From: Candidatus Multivoradales bacterium
GTDB lineage: Bacteria; Acidobacteriota; Thermoanaerobaculia; Multivoradales; JAHEKO01
Direction: 5' to 3'
NCBI GenBank assembly: GCA_965223855.1
Contig: CBDCXM010000008.1
Coordinates: 384,001 to 448,000 of the forward strand
Length of the DNA stretch: 64,000 bases
The position numbers and the translations under genes are program-made. This document shows, piece after piece, positions 31,567 through 45,731 of the stretch (positions are counted from its first letter, which is position 1; every line of letters starts with the position of its first letter). The notes below the pieces were generated by a model. The model made no database searches. It was not told the DNA's origin and saw only the letters and a list, made by a program, of their open reading frames with translations.

Positions 31567-31720
31567 CCGCGACTCAGCCGGCCGAAGCCGGGATCGAAGC
31601 GCTCGGCTCGCGAAGCTGCGGGGCTCGCTGGCGGCGCTCCGATAGGCTCGGGGCCGTTCCGAGTTCAACGTCTTCCGAAGCCGCCGCCCTCCCCAGGGGG
31701 CGGCGGAAAGGAGTCCGCCG

Positions 31721-34700
31721 ATGTCGCCCAAGCTCCCGCTCACGACGCCCTCTCCTGCCCTACCGGTTGCCGCGCTTCTGTGCGCGGCCCTCCTGACGGC
31801 AACCCTGCTCTCGACCGCGCCGGTCGCCGCCGACGACCACGCCCTGACGATCGACGACATCGTCTCCCAGCTGCGCCTGCGCAGCATCGGCCCGGCGATG
31901 ATGGGCGGCCGCATCGCCGACATCGCGATCCACCCCGACCGTCCCCACACCTGGTACCTCGGCGTCGGCTCCGGGGGCGTGTGGAAGACGACCAACTCCG
32001 GCACCACCTGGGCGCCGATCTTCGACGACCAGCCGTCGTACTCGATCGGCTGCGTGACGATCGACCCCGCCAACCCGGACGTCGTCTGGGTCGGCACCGG
32101 CGAGAACGTCAGCGGGCGCCATGTCGGCTGGGGCAGCGGCGTCTACAGGAGCGACGACGGCGGCGCCTCCTGGCGAGCGATGGGCCTCGAGTCGAGCGAG
32201 CACATCGGCCGCATCCTCGTGGATCCGCGCGACTCCGACGTCGTGCTGGTCGCCGCCGAAGGTCCGCTGTGGTCTTCGGGCGGCGAGCGCGGCGTCTACC
32301 GCTCGGCTGATGGCGGTTCCACCTGGGAGCGGGTGCTCCACGTCGACGACGACACCGGCGCCACGAGCCTCGAGCGCGACCCCAGCGACCCGGACGTGCT
32401 CTATGCCGCCACCTACCAGCGCCGGCGCTCGGTGTGGTCGCACCTCGCCGGCGGACCGGGGTCCGGGATCCACAAGTCGACCGACGGCGGGCTCACCTGG
32501 ACCCAGCTCGAGAGCGGCCTCCCCTCGGGTGACATGGGGAAGATCGGCCTCACCGTTTCGCCCGTCGACCCGGCGGTCATCTACGCCACCATCGAGGCGC
32601 ACGAGGACGAGCGCGGCTTCTACCGTTCGGTCGACCGCGGCGCCACCTGGACGAAGCGCTCGAGCTATCTCTCGAACGGCACCGGCCCGCACTACTACCA
32701 GGAGATCTACGCCTCGCCTCACGACGTCGATCACGTCTACCAGATGGACGTCTTCCTCCACCAGACGCTCGACGGCGGCGCCAACTTCGAGATCGTCGGC
32801 AACGGCCGCGAGAAGCACAGCGACAACCACGCGCTGTGGATCGACCCGGGAGATGCCAATCACCTGCTGATCGGTACCGACGCCGGCCTCTACGAGAGCT
32901 TCGACCGCGGTACCACGTGGCGCCATACGCCGAACCTGCCGATCTCGCAGCTCTACAAGCTCGCCGTCGAGCAGACGACGCCGTTCTACGACCTGCTCGG
33001 CGGCGCACAGGACCTCGGCACTCTCCACGGCCCGGCGCGCAGCCGCAGCCGCGAGGGGATCCGCAGCTCCGAGTGGTACGTGCCGCTCGGCGCCGACGGC
33101 TACTCGTCGGCGTTCGACCGCGAGGACTCCGATCTGCTCTACATCGAGTGGCAGGTAGGGCGCCTGGTGCGCTACGACCGCAAGAGCGAAGAGATGATCG
33201 ACATCCAGCCGCTACCGGCGGCCGGCGAGCCTGCCGAGCGCTTCAACTGGGACGCCCCGGTACGCACCAGCCCGCACTCGCCGACGCGGCTCTACTTCGC
33301 CTCGCAGCGGCTGTGGCGGAGCGACAACCGCGGCGACTCGTGGACGGCGATCAGCGGCGACCTGACCCGCGGCGAGAACCGCTACACCCTGCCGATGGCG
33401 GGGCGCGTCCAGAGCGTCGACGCGCTCTACGACAACACCGCGATGTCGTGGTACGCCACCGTGACGTCGATCGCCGAGTCGCCGCTCGACGAAGCGCTCG
33501 TCTACACCGGCAGCGACGACGGCCTTGTCCAGGTGACCGAGGACGGCGGCGACAACTGGCGGCGGTGCTCGCTGCCGCGGGAGATTCCCGAGCGCTCGTT
33601 CGTCAACGACCTGCGCGCCTCGCAACACGATGCCGACACCGTCTTCGCGGTGCTCGACAACCATAAGGAGGGAGACTTCCGGCCGCTCCTGATCGAGAGC
33701 CGCGACCGCTGCCGCAGCTGGCGGTCGATCGCCGGCGACCTGCCGGAGGCGTCGATCCTGTGGGCGGTCGACGAGGACCACGTGTTGCCGGAGCTTCTGT
33801 TCGTCGGCGCCGAGCACGGTCTGTGGGCGACCCTCGACGGCGGCGAGCGGTGGATCGAGCTCTCGGCCGGCGTGCCGACGATCTCGTTCCGCGACATCGA
33901 GATCCATCGCGAGCGCAGCGACCTCGTCGCCGCGACGTTCGGCCGCGGCATGTACGTGCTCGACGACTACTCGCCGCTGCGCGAACTGGCGAAGGGCGGC
34001 GTCCCCGACGAGGGCTCGCTGTTCCCGGTCAGGGACACCTGGGCCTACGTGCCGACGGTGCCGATGCAGGCTCCGGGCAAGCCGACCCTCGGGAGCACCG
34101 ACTACGCCGGCGAGAATCCGCCGCAAGGGGCGCTTCTGCGCTACCTCGTGACCAGCGACACGCCGACCGCCGCCGAGCGGCGGCGCGAGGGCGAGTCGGA
34201 CGGGGACGGCGACGTCTCCTTCCCCGGTTGGGAGACGTTGCGCGAAGAGGCGCTCGAGTCGGCTCCCGAGGTCCTGGTGACGATTCGCGACGCCGAGGGG
34301 GATCCGGTGCGCCGCCTGGCCGGTCCGGCTACCCGCGGCCTTCACACTCTCTCCTGGGACCTGCGCCGCCAGGCGGCCGACCCGGTCGAGCTCTCCCCGC
34401 CCTCCTTCCGCCCGCCGTGGGCGGGCGAGCGGCAGGGGCCGCTCGTCGCACCGGGCTCCTACTCCGCCACCCTCGAACTGTTGACCGCGGACGGCAGCGT
34501 GCCACTGGGCGGTCCGCAGGCGTTCGAGGTCCATGCTCTCGCCGGCCGCTCTCTGCCGAGCGACTTCGCCGCCGCGGCGGCGTTCCAGGAGCGCACGGCG
34601 GCGCTCCTGCGCGACGTCGTCTCCGAGGCGCGGGAGCTGGGCCGTCACGAAGAGGCGGTCGCCGCCTGGCGGGCGACGCTCGAGGAGACCCCCGCGGCGA

Positions 34701-35011
34701 CGGCGGAGATGTTCGGCCGGCTCGAGACGATCCGTCGCGAGCTCGCCGCCCTCCGGCTGGACCTGCTCGGGGACTCGCTGCTCGGTGAGTACCGCGAGCC
34801 GTCGGCGCCTTCGATCGCCCGGAGGGTCCGCCAGGTGGAGGGCGGTCATTGGGAGACGCGAGAGCGTCCGACCGCTACCCAGCGCTCGAGCCTCGCGATC
34901 GCTGAGGCGGCTTTCGCCGCCCTTCTCGAGCGCCGCGCTGCCCTCGTGAGGGAGGTGATCGAGCCCTTCAGAAAGGACCTCGAGGCGGCCGGAGCTCCCT
35001 GGATCCCCTGA
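31721..35011 (+). CDS. VPS10/BNR(Asp-box)-repeat glycosyl-hydrolase-like secreted protein
   Basis: [14 protein letters not shown], repeated S/TxDxGxTW Asp-boxes, [23 protein letters not shown]. Confidence 0.88.
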   Translation: MSPKLPLTTPSPALPVAALLCAALLTATLLSTAPVAADDHALTIDDIVSQLRLRSIGPAMMGGRIADIAIHPDRPHTWYLGVGSGGVWKTTNSGTTWAPIFDDQPSYSIGCVTIDPANPDVVWVGTGENVSGRHVGWGSGVYRSDDGGASWRAMGLESSEHIGRILVDPRDSDVVLVAAEGPLWSSGGERGVYRSADGGSTWERVLHVDDDTGATSLERDPSDPDVLYAATYQRRRSVWSHLAGGPGSGIHKSTDGGLTWTQLESGLPSGDMGKIGLTVSPVDPAVIYATIEAHEDERGFYRSVDRGATWTKRSSYLSNGTGPHYYQEIYASPHDVDHVYQMDVFLHQTLDGGANFEIVGNGREKHSDNHALWIDPGDANHLLIGTDAGLYESFDRGTTWRHTPNLPISQLYKLAVEQTTPFYDLLGGAQDLGTLHGPARSRSREGIRSSEWYVPLGADGYSSAFDREDSDLLYIEWQVGRLVRYDRKSEEMIDIQPLPAAGEPAERFNWDAPVRTSPHSPTRLYFASQRLWRSDNRGDSWTAISGDLTRGENRYTLPMAGRVQSVDALYDNTAMSWYATVTSIAESPLDEALVYTGSDDGLVQVTEDGGDNWRRCSLPREIPERSFVNDLRASQHDADTVFAVLDNHKEGDFRPLLIESRDRCRSWRSIAGDLPEASILWAVDEDHVLPELLFVGAEHGLWATLDGGERWIELSAGVPTISFRDIEIHRERSDLVAATFGRGMYVLDDYSPLRELAKGGVPDEGSLFPVRDTWAYVPTVPMQAPGKPTLGSTDYAGENPPQGALLRYLVTSDTPTAAERRREGESDGDGDVSFPGWETLREEALESAPEVLVTIRDAEGDPVRRLAGPATRGLHTLSWDLRRQAADPVELSPPSFRPPWAGERQGPLVAPGSYSATLELLTADGSVPLGGPQAFEVHALAGRSLPSDFAAAAAFQERTAALLRDVVSEARELGRHEEAVAAWRATLEETPAATAEMFGRLETIRRELAALRLDLLGDSLLGEYREPSAPSIARRVRQVEGGHWETRERPTATQRSSLAIAEAAFAALLERRAALVREVIEPFRKDLEAAGAPWIP

Positions 35012-35214
35012 GAGTCCAGCTCCTCCCGGAATCCCGGCTCTGGAATCGTCACTTGCGAGACGATGACTTCCGTGGGCAAGTCAGGATAGGATCCGCTTGG
35101 CCTCGGGGCCTCCCGCCCCTTATCCGGAACGGTATCGTCCTCAGGCCGGAAAGCAGTCCAGTACAACGAGGGCCGATCTTTGCGTCGAGCACTCACAATC
35201 AGGAGTTATCAGCA

Positions 35215-35421
35215 ATGAGCAGCACAGGTACAGTCAAGTGGTTCAACGACGCCAAGGGCTTCGGCTTCATCACGGTCGACGAGAGCAACGAAGAGTGCTT
35301 CGTCCACTACAGCGCGGTCCAGGGGAACGGCTTCAAGTCGCTCGCCGAGGGTGATCGCGTCCAGTTCGACCGGGTCCAGGGCCAGAAGGGTCCGGCGGCG
35401 GAGAACGTCGTCAAGATCTGA
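35215..35421 (+). CDS. cspA: Cold-shock protein
   Basis: [37 protein letters not shown]; SD AGGAG. Confidence 0.95.
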   Translation: MSSTGTVKWFNDAKGFGFITVDESNEECFVHYSAVQGNGFKSLAEGDRVQFDRVQGQKGPAAENVVKI

Positions 35422-35440
35422 CCGCCGGTCAGAGGACTTC

Positions 35441-35482
35441 AAGACGGGCCGTCCCGAGCGATCGGGGCGGCCCGTTTTCTTT
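35441..35482 (+). terminator. Rho-independent terminator after csp
   Basis: ACGGGCCGTCCCGA-GCGA-TCGGGGCGGCCCGT followed by TTTCTTT. Confidence 0.85.
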
Positions 35483-35731
35483 GGGCCGCCCGAAGCAGCC
35501 GACAGCGGTGCTACGATCCTTCCAGCTCCTACACGAGTCACCGAAATCATGACTTCGCCCAGCCCGCATGATCCGCGAGATCCTGTCGCGAAAGGTCGAA
35601 GTGCCCGTCAGATCGGGCTACTCGCAGCGACGAGACCCAACGGGCGTACCGGCAGTACGTCGAGGAGCGAGGAGTGAGGACGGCCCGAGACGGCGGGCAA
35701 CGTCGCCCTTGCAGCAGGGACCTCGTGAATC

Positions 35732-37095
<1,364 letters not shown>

Positions 37096-37099
<4 letters not shown>

Positions 37100-38601
37100 C
37101 CCTGGCGGCGCGCATCGCCCTCGGGATGCTGCTGCTGGTAGGCCTGCTGGTCGCCCTCGCCACCTGGCAGCTCCGGGCGATGGACCGGCTCGCCGAGAGC
37201 ACCGGCCACCTCGCCGGCGACGGCCTCGAACTGCGACGCCAGCTGCAGGAGCTGCGCTCGGAAGTCGTGGGGCTCTCCGAGTTCACCGCGCGCTTCAGCG
37301 TGTTGCGGGACCCAGCCTACTCGGCGGAGCTCGCCGAGCGCCGCGTCGCGACCGGCGAACGGCTCGAGACGATCGCCTCTCTGTCCCTGTCAGGGCTCTC
37401 GCAAGCCGCCTCGGCACTCGAAGAACGTTGGAAGGAGTACGCGGTACCGGCCGGGCGCCGGGAGGAGGCGCTCCTGCGCGGCCGCGGCTCGGCGAGAGAC
37501 GAGCTCCTCCGCTCCCTCGACGACATCGTCGATGCGATCGAGGCGCTCGACTCGATCGTCGATCGCGAGCAGGCGACCCTTGCGCTCTCGGCCGCCGACC
37601 AGGCCGCTCGGGCACGTGGTCTGGCTGCCGGCGTCGTCGCCCTGGCGCTGCTGGGAGGGCTCTTCGCCACCCTGATGGTGGTGCGCTCTGTCGCCGTCCC
37701 GATCGGGCGACTCCGGGAGGGCGCCCTGACGCTCGGCGGCGGCGACCTGACCCATCGCGTACCCGGCGACGGTCCTCCGGAGATCGCCGCGCTCGCCTCC
37801 GACTTCAACGCCATGGCGGATCGCCTCGAAGAGCTCGAGGAGCTCAAGCGCGGCTTCGTCGCGACGGTGTCGCACGACCTCAAGTCGCCTCTCGCCTCGA
37901 TCCGCGAGACCCTGACGTTGCTTCTGGACGGCTCGCTGGGAGCCGTGAGCGAGGAGCAAAAGGAGATTCTCGAACTCCAGCGCGGCTCGGTCGACCGCCT
38001 GACCCGAATGATCCACGACCTGCTCGACCTGGCGAGCCTCGACGCCGGAGGGCTCGAGATCAGAAGGTCGCCCGAGGACCTCGTCGCCGTCGTCCGTCGG
38101 GTGCTGCTGGAGATGCAGCCTCTCCTGAAACCGAGCGGACTGTCGGTCGCCACCCGGTTTCCCCCGGAGCCGGTCACCGCCCTCGTCGATGCCGAACGCC
38201 TCCACCAGGTCGTACAGAACCTGCTGACGAACGCGATCGACCACTCGCCTGAGGACGGCGCGATCGAAGTGACCGTCGATCGATCGGTGTCCGAGGGCAG
38301 AGGTCGGGAGGAGCCCGGCGTCTCCAATCCACGCCCGAGCCCGGGCGGCGTGCTCGTGGCGATCGGCGACCGGGGCCCCGGCGTTCCCGAGGCTCACAAG
38401 GAGCGGATCTTCGACCGGTTTCACCGCCTCGATCGATCGATGGGGGCGAGCAAGGGGACCGGGCTCGGCCTGCCGATCGCCCGCGCGATCGTCGCGGCGC
38501 ACGACGGCCGGATCCGGATCGAGGACCGCCCGGGCGGCGGGAGCGTTTTCGTCGTCGAGCTGCCGGCGGCACCGGATCCCGCCGACTCCCGAAGCGACTG
38601 A
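37096..38601 (+). CDS. HAMP-domain sensor histidine kinase (GlrK/QseE-like)
   Basis: Two TMs, HAMP, H-box VSHDLKSPL, NLLTNAI, DRGPGV, GTGLGL. GTG overlaps the regulator stop. Confidence 0.92.
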
Positions 38602-38622
38602 TTCTCGGGCACAATGGCGGGA

Positions 38623-39105
38623 ATGGACCACCCTCGACATCCGAGTCGCCGCCTCGTGCCGCTGGCGCTGCCGATCCTGCTCCTGGTCGCCGGCTGCGCG
38701 GGAGTTCTGCGAAAGAACAGCTCGGCGCCCGAGGGGGTCGCGCCCGAATCGGAGCAGACGGCGGCGCAGCGACCTGCGGACCCGAGGGCTCGAGCCGCGT
38801 CGCTGCTCGGGGAGCGCCGCTACGCAGAGGCCGCGAACGTCTGGATCAACTGGGTCGATGCCAACCCGCAACACGACGAAGCCGACATGGGCCTCCTCGA
38901 TGCAGCCGTCGCGGCACTCGCGATGCCGAGGGGAACCGGAGTCGCGACGGCCCGCGCCACCCTCGCCCGGCTGGTGCGTGACTATCCGTCGAGCCCGGTA
39001 AGGCAGGCGGCCGAGACGCTCCTGCGTTCGTGGAGCGATCTCGACCGCCTGCAACGCCAGCTCGCCGAGATCAAGAAGATCGACCTCGGCGAGCCGGACG
39101 GGTGA
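38623..39105 (+). CDS. Lipoprotein, QseG/YfhG-like
   Basis: Lipobox LVAGC, helical body, C-terminal coiled coil 'LDRLQRQLAEIKKIDL'. Confidence 0.65.
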   Translation: MDHPRHPSRRLVPLALPILLLVAGCAGVLRKNSSAPEGVAPESEQTAAQRPADPRARAASLLGERRYAEAANVWINWVDANPQHDEADMGLLDAAVAALAMPRGTGVATARATLARLVRDYPSSPVRQAAETLLRSWSDLDRLQRQLAEIKKIDLGEPDG

Positions 39106-39127
39106 GGTTGGACTCAGAGGGCGGAGG

Positions 39128-39817
39128 TCAGCGGACCTTCGCCTTCAGCAGCACGTCGACCCTGCGGTTGAGGCGGCGGCCGCTGTCGCTGTCGTTCGAA
39201 GCTACCGGGTAGCCCTCACCGTAGCCGAGAGCGGTGACGCGACCGTCATCGACGCCTCCGCCGACGAGCAGCGTGCGAACCGCTCCTGCGCGCCGTTCGG
39301 AGAGCTGCAGGTTGTGTTCCTCGCTGCCGGTCGAATCTGTGTGCCCCTGGACGATGACCGCGGTCTTGGGGTACTCGGCGAGCACGCCGGCGACGTTGTC
39401 GACGCTCGCGCGGCCGCCGGCATCGACGATCGCCGAGTCGACGGCGAAGAGCACGTTCGAATCGAACCTCACCATCAGCAGGTTCTCTCCGAGGCGCTCG
39501 ACCGTAGTCCCCGGAATCCTCGCCAGGGCCTCTTCCTGCCGGTCCATGTAGACACCGACCCCGGTCCCGATGGCGGCACCGATCGCGGCACCGGCCAGGA
39601 TCTCGTCGGCCTCCCGCTCACCCTTGAGGATCGCGGCGGCCGCACCGGAGGCGGCGCCGATCGCGGCGCCCTTCTTCGTCTTGTCCCGCTCGGTCGTGTA
39701 CGGGCCCCGTACGCCGGCGCACGCCTGGGTCAGGAGACCGAGCGTGCAGGCGGCGGCGACCGCCCCGAGAAGACGTCTTCGAAAGTGCTGAGTGGAACTG
39801 CTGCTGCTGTTGAACAT
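39128..39817 (-). CDS. OmpA-family lipoprotein with glycine zipper (YiaD-like)
   Basis: Lipobox TQAC, GAAIGA repeats, YMDRQE, GHTDSTG, NLQLSERRA, NRRV. Confidence 0.92.
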   Translation of the reverse strand: MFNSSSSSTQHFRRRLLGAVAAACTLGLLTQACAGVRGPYTTERDKTKKGAAIGAASGAAAAILKGEREADEILAGAAIGAAIGTGVGVYMDRQEEALARIPGTTVERLGENLLMVRFDSNVLFAVDSAIVDAGGRASVDNVAGVLAEYPKTAVIVQGHTDSTGSEEHNLQLSERRAGAVRTLLVGGGVDDGRVTALGYGEGYPVASNDSDSGRRLNRRVDVLLKAKVR

Positions 39818-39844
39818 GATTCTGTCCTCCTTGCCCCCTTGAAG

Positions 39845-39860
39845 AGCAAGCTGCATGCCG
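39845..39860 (-). promoter_or_regulatory. Sigma54 -24/-12 promoter
   Basis: Minus strand CGGCAT-GCAGC-TTGCT, upstream of SD AGGAGG and ATG 39817. Confidence 0.75.
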
Positions 39861-39918
39861 AGCACGAGATGTCAGGCAGCCATTGGCGTCCCGCCGATCC
39901 GGGCTCCGGGTGTCGAGC

Positions 39919-39962
39919 GCAGACCGGGAAGGATCTTCCTGCAGACCGGGCGAACTTCCCTG
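39919..39962. promoter_or_regulatory. Tandem palindromic enhancer (bEBP UAS candidate)
   Basis: GCAGACCGGG repeated at 39919 and 39941 (22-bp period), continuing into GGAAGGATCTTCC and GGGCGAACTTCCC. Confidence 0.55.
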
Positions 39963-40050
39963 CCCGAAGGCCCGGGGAGTCCGCAACCGGGGGAGACCCG
40001 GGCCGGAAGAGGCCAGCGGCCTTCAGGGAGGTCGGCGAGCGGGCACGCTT

Positions 40051-40066
40051 TGGCACGTCTCCTGCT
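40051..40066 (+). promoter_or_regulatory. Sigma54 -24/-12 promoter
   Basis: TGGCAC-GTCTC-CTGCT upstream of SD GAGGAGG and ATG 40127. Confidence 0.8.
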
Positions 40067-40126
40067 CTCTTCCTTGTTCGACGCCGCTCGACGGCGAACG
40101 GAAATGTGACCACGAGGAGGTAGTTC

Positions 40127-40798
40127 ATGACATCCCAACCCCATCCGAACCGAAGCACACTCAGCAACAGCCTCAGGGCCTTCACCGTTCTCTCTCTTGT
40201 CGGTGTCGTCCTCACCGGCTGCGCCAGCCACAAGTTCGTCCGCAAGCACGACGAGACCGTCCGCGCCGACATGAGCGAGGAGATCGGCAACGTCGCCTCC
40301 GGCCTCGAGCAGACGCAGGGTGATCTCGCCGCACTCGATGACACCGTCACCGAGCAGGGCGAGCAGATCGACGAGCTCTCACAGACCAGCCGCGAAGCGC
40401 TCGAGCGGGCGCTCGCCGCCGGCAAGCTGGCCGAGGGCAAGTTCCTCTACGAGACGCTCCTGACCGACGACGCCGTCAAGTTCGGTTTCGAGAAGGCGTC
40501 GCTCTCCGACGAGGCGAAGCAGGCCCTCGACGGGTTCGCCGCCGAGCTCCGGGAGCGGGACGAGAACGTCTACGTCGAGATTCAGGGGCACACCGACTCG
40601 ACCGGCAACGACAGCTTCAACCTCGAACTCGGCGAACGGCGCGCGGAGAGCGTACGGCGCTACCTGAGCCTCGAGCACGGAGTGCCGCTCCACCGCATGG
40701 GCGTCATCTCCTACGGTGAGACGGCGCCGATGGCGGACAACCAGAGTCGAGAGGGTCGGGCCAGCAACCGACGCGTCGCCCTCGTGGTCCTCCGATGA
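40127..40798 (+). CDS. OmpA-family lipoprotein with coiled coil
   Basis: Lipobox LTGC 'ASHKFV', coiled coil, GHTDSTG, LGERRAESV, SYGE, NRRV. Confidence 0.92.
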   Translation: MTSQPHPNRSTLSNSLRAFTVLSLVGVVLTGCASHKFVRKHDETVRADMSEEIGNVASGLEQTQGDLAALDDTVTEQGEQIDELSQTSREALERALAAGKLAEGKFLYETLLTDDAVKFGFEKASLSDEAKQALDGFAAELRERDENVYVEIQGHTDSTGNDSFNLELGERRAESVRRYLSLEHGVPLHRMGVISYGETAPMADNQSREGRASNRRVALVVLR

Positions 40799-40853
40799 CG
40801 CAGCTCAGTTTCCCGGCCCAATAGACCGGGATCCGTTGCTGTCCATCCTCTCC

Positions 40854-40887
40854 GGGGATCCGGCCTTCAGGCCGGGTCCCCATTTTT
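40854..40887 (+). terminator. Rho-independent terminator
   Basis: GGGGATCCGGCC-TTCA-GGCCGGGTCCCC followed by ATTTTT. Confidence 0.8.
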
Positions 40888-40917
40888 CCGTCCGGCGGTG
40901 GCGTGCCGCCTCGGGCG

Positions 40918-41418
40918 TCAGCTTTCGCCGTCGCCCTTGCGTCCGCGAATCGAGTCGGAGAGGTCCTCGAGCGTCTCCTTCGCCGCATCCCTGGCACCGG
41001 AGGCGACATCGGCCGCCGAGCGACCGACCTCACGCGCCTTGTCGAACACTCCACCCTCCTCGGTGAAGGTGTCGCGGACCTGGCCGCTCCGTTCGCGTGC
41101 CGCCCGCCCCATCTCCTGCGCCTTGTCGACCACCGCATCCTTGACGCCGGAGACGGTGTCGGCGGCGGCTTCTCCGACCTCGCGTGCGCGATCGACCGGG
41201 CCACCCTCTTCGGTGAGTGATGCCTTCACCTCGGAGCCGCGCTCGAGGGCAGCACGTCCGAGGTCCTTCGCCTTGCCGACTGCCGACTCCATCACCTCGG
41301 CCGCGTCCTCCTTGAGGTCGCCCGCCTTCTCGGCGGCCGCGTCGGCCAGCTCCCCCGCGGTTTCACCGGCGTCGGCGGCCGCATCCTTCATCTTGTCCCA
41401 GAGTCCCTTGTCGCTCAT
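40918..41418 (-). CDS. LEA/hydrophilin-like repetitive helical protein
   Basis: SD GAGGAG; rich in A/E/K/D/G; internal duplication KAKDLGRAALERG..TEEGG / KAQEMGRAARERS..TEEGG. Confidence 0.7.
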   Translation of the reverse strand: MSDKGLWDKMKDAAADAGETAGELADAAAEKAGDLKEDAAEVMESAVGKAKDLGRAALERGSEVKASLTEEGGPVDRAREVGEAAADTVSGVKDAVVDKAQEMGRAARERSGQVRDTFTEEGGVFDKAREVGRSAADVASGARDAAKETLEDLSDSIRGRKGDGES

Positions 41419-41503
41419 CTTGTTCTCCTCGGGTGGTTGTCGGCAGACAGTTTATCGGCGACCGCGATCTCGCCATGCCTCGGGCGCCACAACGAGTGGC
41501 GCG

Positions 41504-43273
41504 TCAGACGATCGCTGCCGCCGCGGGTTCGTCGCGGCGAAGCGGCAGCGTCACCGTGAAGATCGAGCCCTCGCCCAGCAGACTCGAGACTTCGATCTCC
41601 CCTCCATGGAGGTTGACCGAGTGCTTGACGATCGCGAGCCCGAGGCCGGTCCCGCCCTCGTTGCGGGCCCGACCACGATCGACCCGGTAGAAGCGCTCGA
41701 AGAGCCGCGGCTGCGCGTCGATCGGAATTCCGCGCCCGGTGTCCTTGATCTCGAGCTCCAGAGCGTCGCCCGCCCGCTTCGCCACCACCTCGACTCTGCC
41801 ACCGACCCGGTTGTACTTGATCGCGTTCTCGACCAGGTTGAGGCACAGCTCGTCGAGCGCCACACGATTCCCTTCGACGACGAGCCCCTCCTCGACCGCC
41901 AGCGAGACCAGCACGTCCTTCTCGCGCGCCACGGCGCCGAGGACTTCGATGGTGTCGCGCAGAACCGTCTCGATCTCGACCGGTTCGAGTTCGAGAGTCT
42001 GGTGAGCCGACTCGAGTCGCGACAGCGTCAGAAGATCGTCGAGCAACGCCTGCAGGCGGCGACACTGCTGGAGGATGCGATCGAGGAAACGCTCCCGCAC
42101 TTCCGGCTCGACCCCGGCTCCCTCCTGGAGGGTCTCCGCGTAGCCGCGAATCGCCGCCAGCGGCGTCTTGAGCTCGTGAGAGACGTTGGCCACCAGGTCG
42201 CGGCGCACGCGACCCATCTGCACCAGCGCCGAGATGTCTCGCGCCGCAACGACGGCGCCGCTGGCGTCGCGCAGCATCGAGCTGGTGACGGCGACCCAGC
42301 GTTGCGCCGGCTCGCGGACTTCCAGCTCGGCGGAACGGGTCTCTCCCGACTCGAGGGTGCCGGCGATCATGTCTTCGATCTCGGGCCTGTGGGTCAATTC
42401 GAGGGCCGACATCCCCGCCACCTCTCCCTTGACCCGGAACAGTTTGCGGAATGACGGATTGGCTGTCACGGCGCGACCCGCCTGATCGGTGACGAGCACC
42501 CCCTCCGACATGCTGGCGCCGACCACCTGAAGGTGGCTTCGCTCCGCCTCGGCGACCGCGATCTGCTCGTCGATCCTGCGTGCCAGCCGGTTGAGAGCGG
42601 ATCCGACCCGCTCGAGCGATTCCTCGCCATCGACCTCGAGGCGATGATCGAGCTCCCCACGGGCGATTCGGTCGGCACCGGTCACCAGCTGCTCGAGCGG
42701 TCCGAAGAAGCGAAGGTTCAGCCACGCGGCGACCAGAGCGAGCGTGGCAAGGCTGACGAGAACGACCGTCCACAGGAGGCCGGCCATCCGCTGGCGCAGG
42801 TTCCTCAGCGTAGAAAGAGACTTGCCGAGGCGAACGACGACCACGTCGCCATCACCGCGGCTCAGCGCCTGGGCGACGAAGACGTAGGTCGCGTCGAGCG
42901 TCGCCGACCTGCGCACGCCGACACCGCGTCCCGAGCTTCTCGCCTCGACGACCTCGGGGGCCGCTGCAACACTGTCCACCTGGTCGCCGTCACGTCCCCA
43001 GCTGTCCGCCAGCACAGACCCATCGCCGCCGATGACCGTCAGTCGCAACGAGCGATCGCGAATCAGCCCCTGAGCCCACTCATCGATCTCGATCCCAGCG
43101 TCGAGCTGCTCTCGCACCAGCGGGACGATGACCGACAATGTCGCATCGAGGTCGTCCGCCGCCGTGCGCTCGACGATATCGATCATCGAGCGCCACAGAA
43201 GCGGCAGTCCCACGGCAAGGGCGACGATCGCTGGAGCGAGGACTGCTACGAGGACGCGCGGAGAGACTCTCAT
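41504..43273 (-). CDS. phoR: Phosphate regulon sensor kinase
   Basis: TM-HAMP-PAS, VANVSHELKTPL, RLFERFYRVDRGRAR..GGTGLGLAIVKH; located in the pst operon. Confidence 0.9.
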   Translation of the reverse strand: MRVSPRVLVAVLAPAIVALAVGLPLLWRSMIDIVERTAADDLDATLSVIVPLVREQLDAGIEIDEWAQGLIRDRSLRLTVIGGDGSVLADSWGRDGDQVDSVAAAPEVVEARSSGRGVGVRRSATLDATYVFVAQALSRGDGDVVVVRLGKSLSTLRNLRQRMAGLLWTVVLVSLATLALVAAWLNLRFFGPLEQLVTGADRIARGELDHRLEVDGEESLERVGSALNRLARRIDEQIAVAEAERSHLQVVGASMSEGVLVTDQAGRAVTANPSFRKLFRVKGEVAGMSALELTHRPEIEDMIAGTLESGETRSAELEVREPAQRWVAVTSSMLRDASGAVVAARDISALVQMGRVRRDLVANVSHELKTPLAAIRGYAETLQEGAGVEPEVRERFLDRILQQCRRLQALLDDLLTLSRLESAHQTLELEPVEIETVLRDTIEVLGAVAREKDVLVSLAVEEGLVVEGNRVALDELCLNLVENAIKYNRVGGRVEVVAKRAGDALELEIKDTGRGIPIDAQPRLFERFYRVDRGRARNEGGTGLGLAIVKHSVNLHGGEIEVSSLLGEGSIFTVTLPLRRDEPAAAAIV

Positions 43274-43279
43274 TCGGGA

Positions 43280-43966
43280 TCAGGCCCGGAAACGATATCC
43301 GACCCCGATCACCGTTTCGATCCTCCTCGCCTCGTCGCCGAGCTTGCTGCGCAAACGACGCACGTGGGTATCCACCGTGCGGCTGTCGACGTCGCTTGCG
43401 TACCCCCACACCTCGCTGAGCAGCCCGTCGCGGGTCTGCACCCTGCCGGCGCGCTCCATCAGCAGGCGCAGCAGCCGGAACTCGGTGGCCGTCAGACGGA
43501 CTTCCTCCCCCTCGATCGTCACCCTGTGCCCCGGCACGTCGAGAGCGATGCCGCCGGAGCTCAACTCCTCCGAATCACGCTCCTCGCCGCCGCCCCGCCG
43601 CAACACCGCCCTCACCCTCAGCAGCACCTCGCGCGGGCTGAACGGCTTCGCCACGTAGTCGTCGGCACCGAGTTCGAGTCCGACGATGCGATCGATCTCT
43701 TCGCTCTTGGCGGTCAGGACGATCACGGGGATGGTCGAGAGCAACTCGTCGCGCTTGAGCACCCGCAGCACCTCGAGACCATCCATGCCGGGCAGCATCA
43801 GGTCGAGGAGGATGAGCGCGGGCCGGCTCGCCTCGATCGCAGCGAGCGCCCGATCGCCGCGATCGACCCTCGTCGTCTCGTAGCCGTCCCGCTCGAGGTT
43901 GTATTCGAGGATCTCGGCGATCGACGCCTCGTCCTCGACGATCAGAATCCGCTCAGCGTCCGCCAT
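43280..43966 (-). CDS. phoB: Phosphate regulon response regulator (OmpR/PhoB)
   Basis: LDLMLPGMDG, GADDYVAKPFSPRE, LTATEFRLL, SRTVDTHVRRLR. Confidence 0.9.
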   Translation of the reverse strand: MADAERILIVEDEASIAEILEYNLERDGYETTRVDRGDRALAAIEASRPALILLDLMLPGMDGLEVLRVLKRDELLSTIPVIVLTAKSEEIDRIVGLELGADDYVAKPFSPREVLLRVRAVLRRGGGEERDSEELSSGGIALDVPGHRVTIEGEEVRLTATEFRLLRLLMERAGRVQTRDGLLSEVWGYASDVDSRTVDTHVRRLRSKLGDEARRIETVIGVGYRFRA

Positions 43967-43975
43967 GGCTCGCGA

Positions 43976-44842
<867 letters not shown>

Positions 44843-44877
44843 CTCGTCTCTTCCGGGGGCGTCAGTATACGGCCGGA

Positions 44878-45729
<852 letters not shown>

Positions 45730-45731
45730 GG

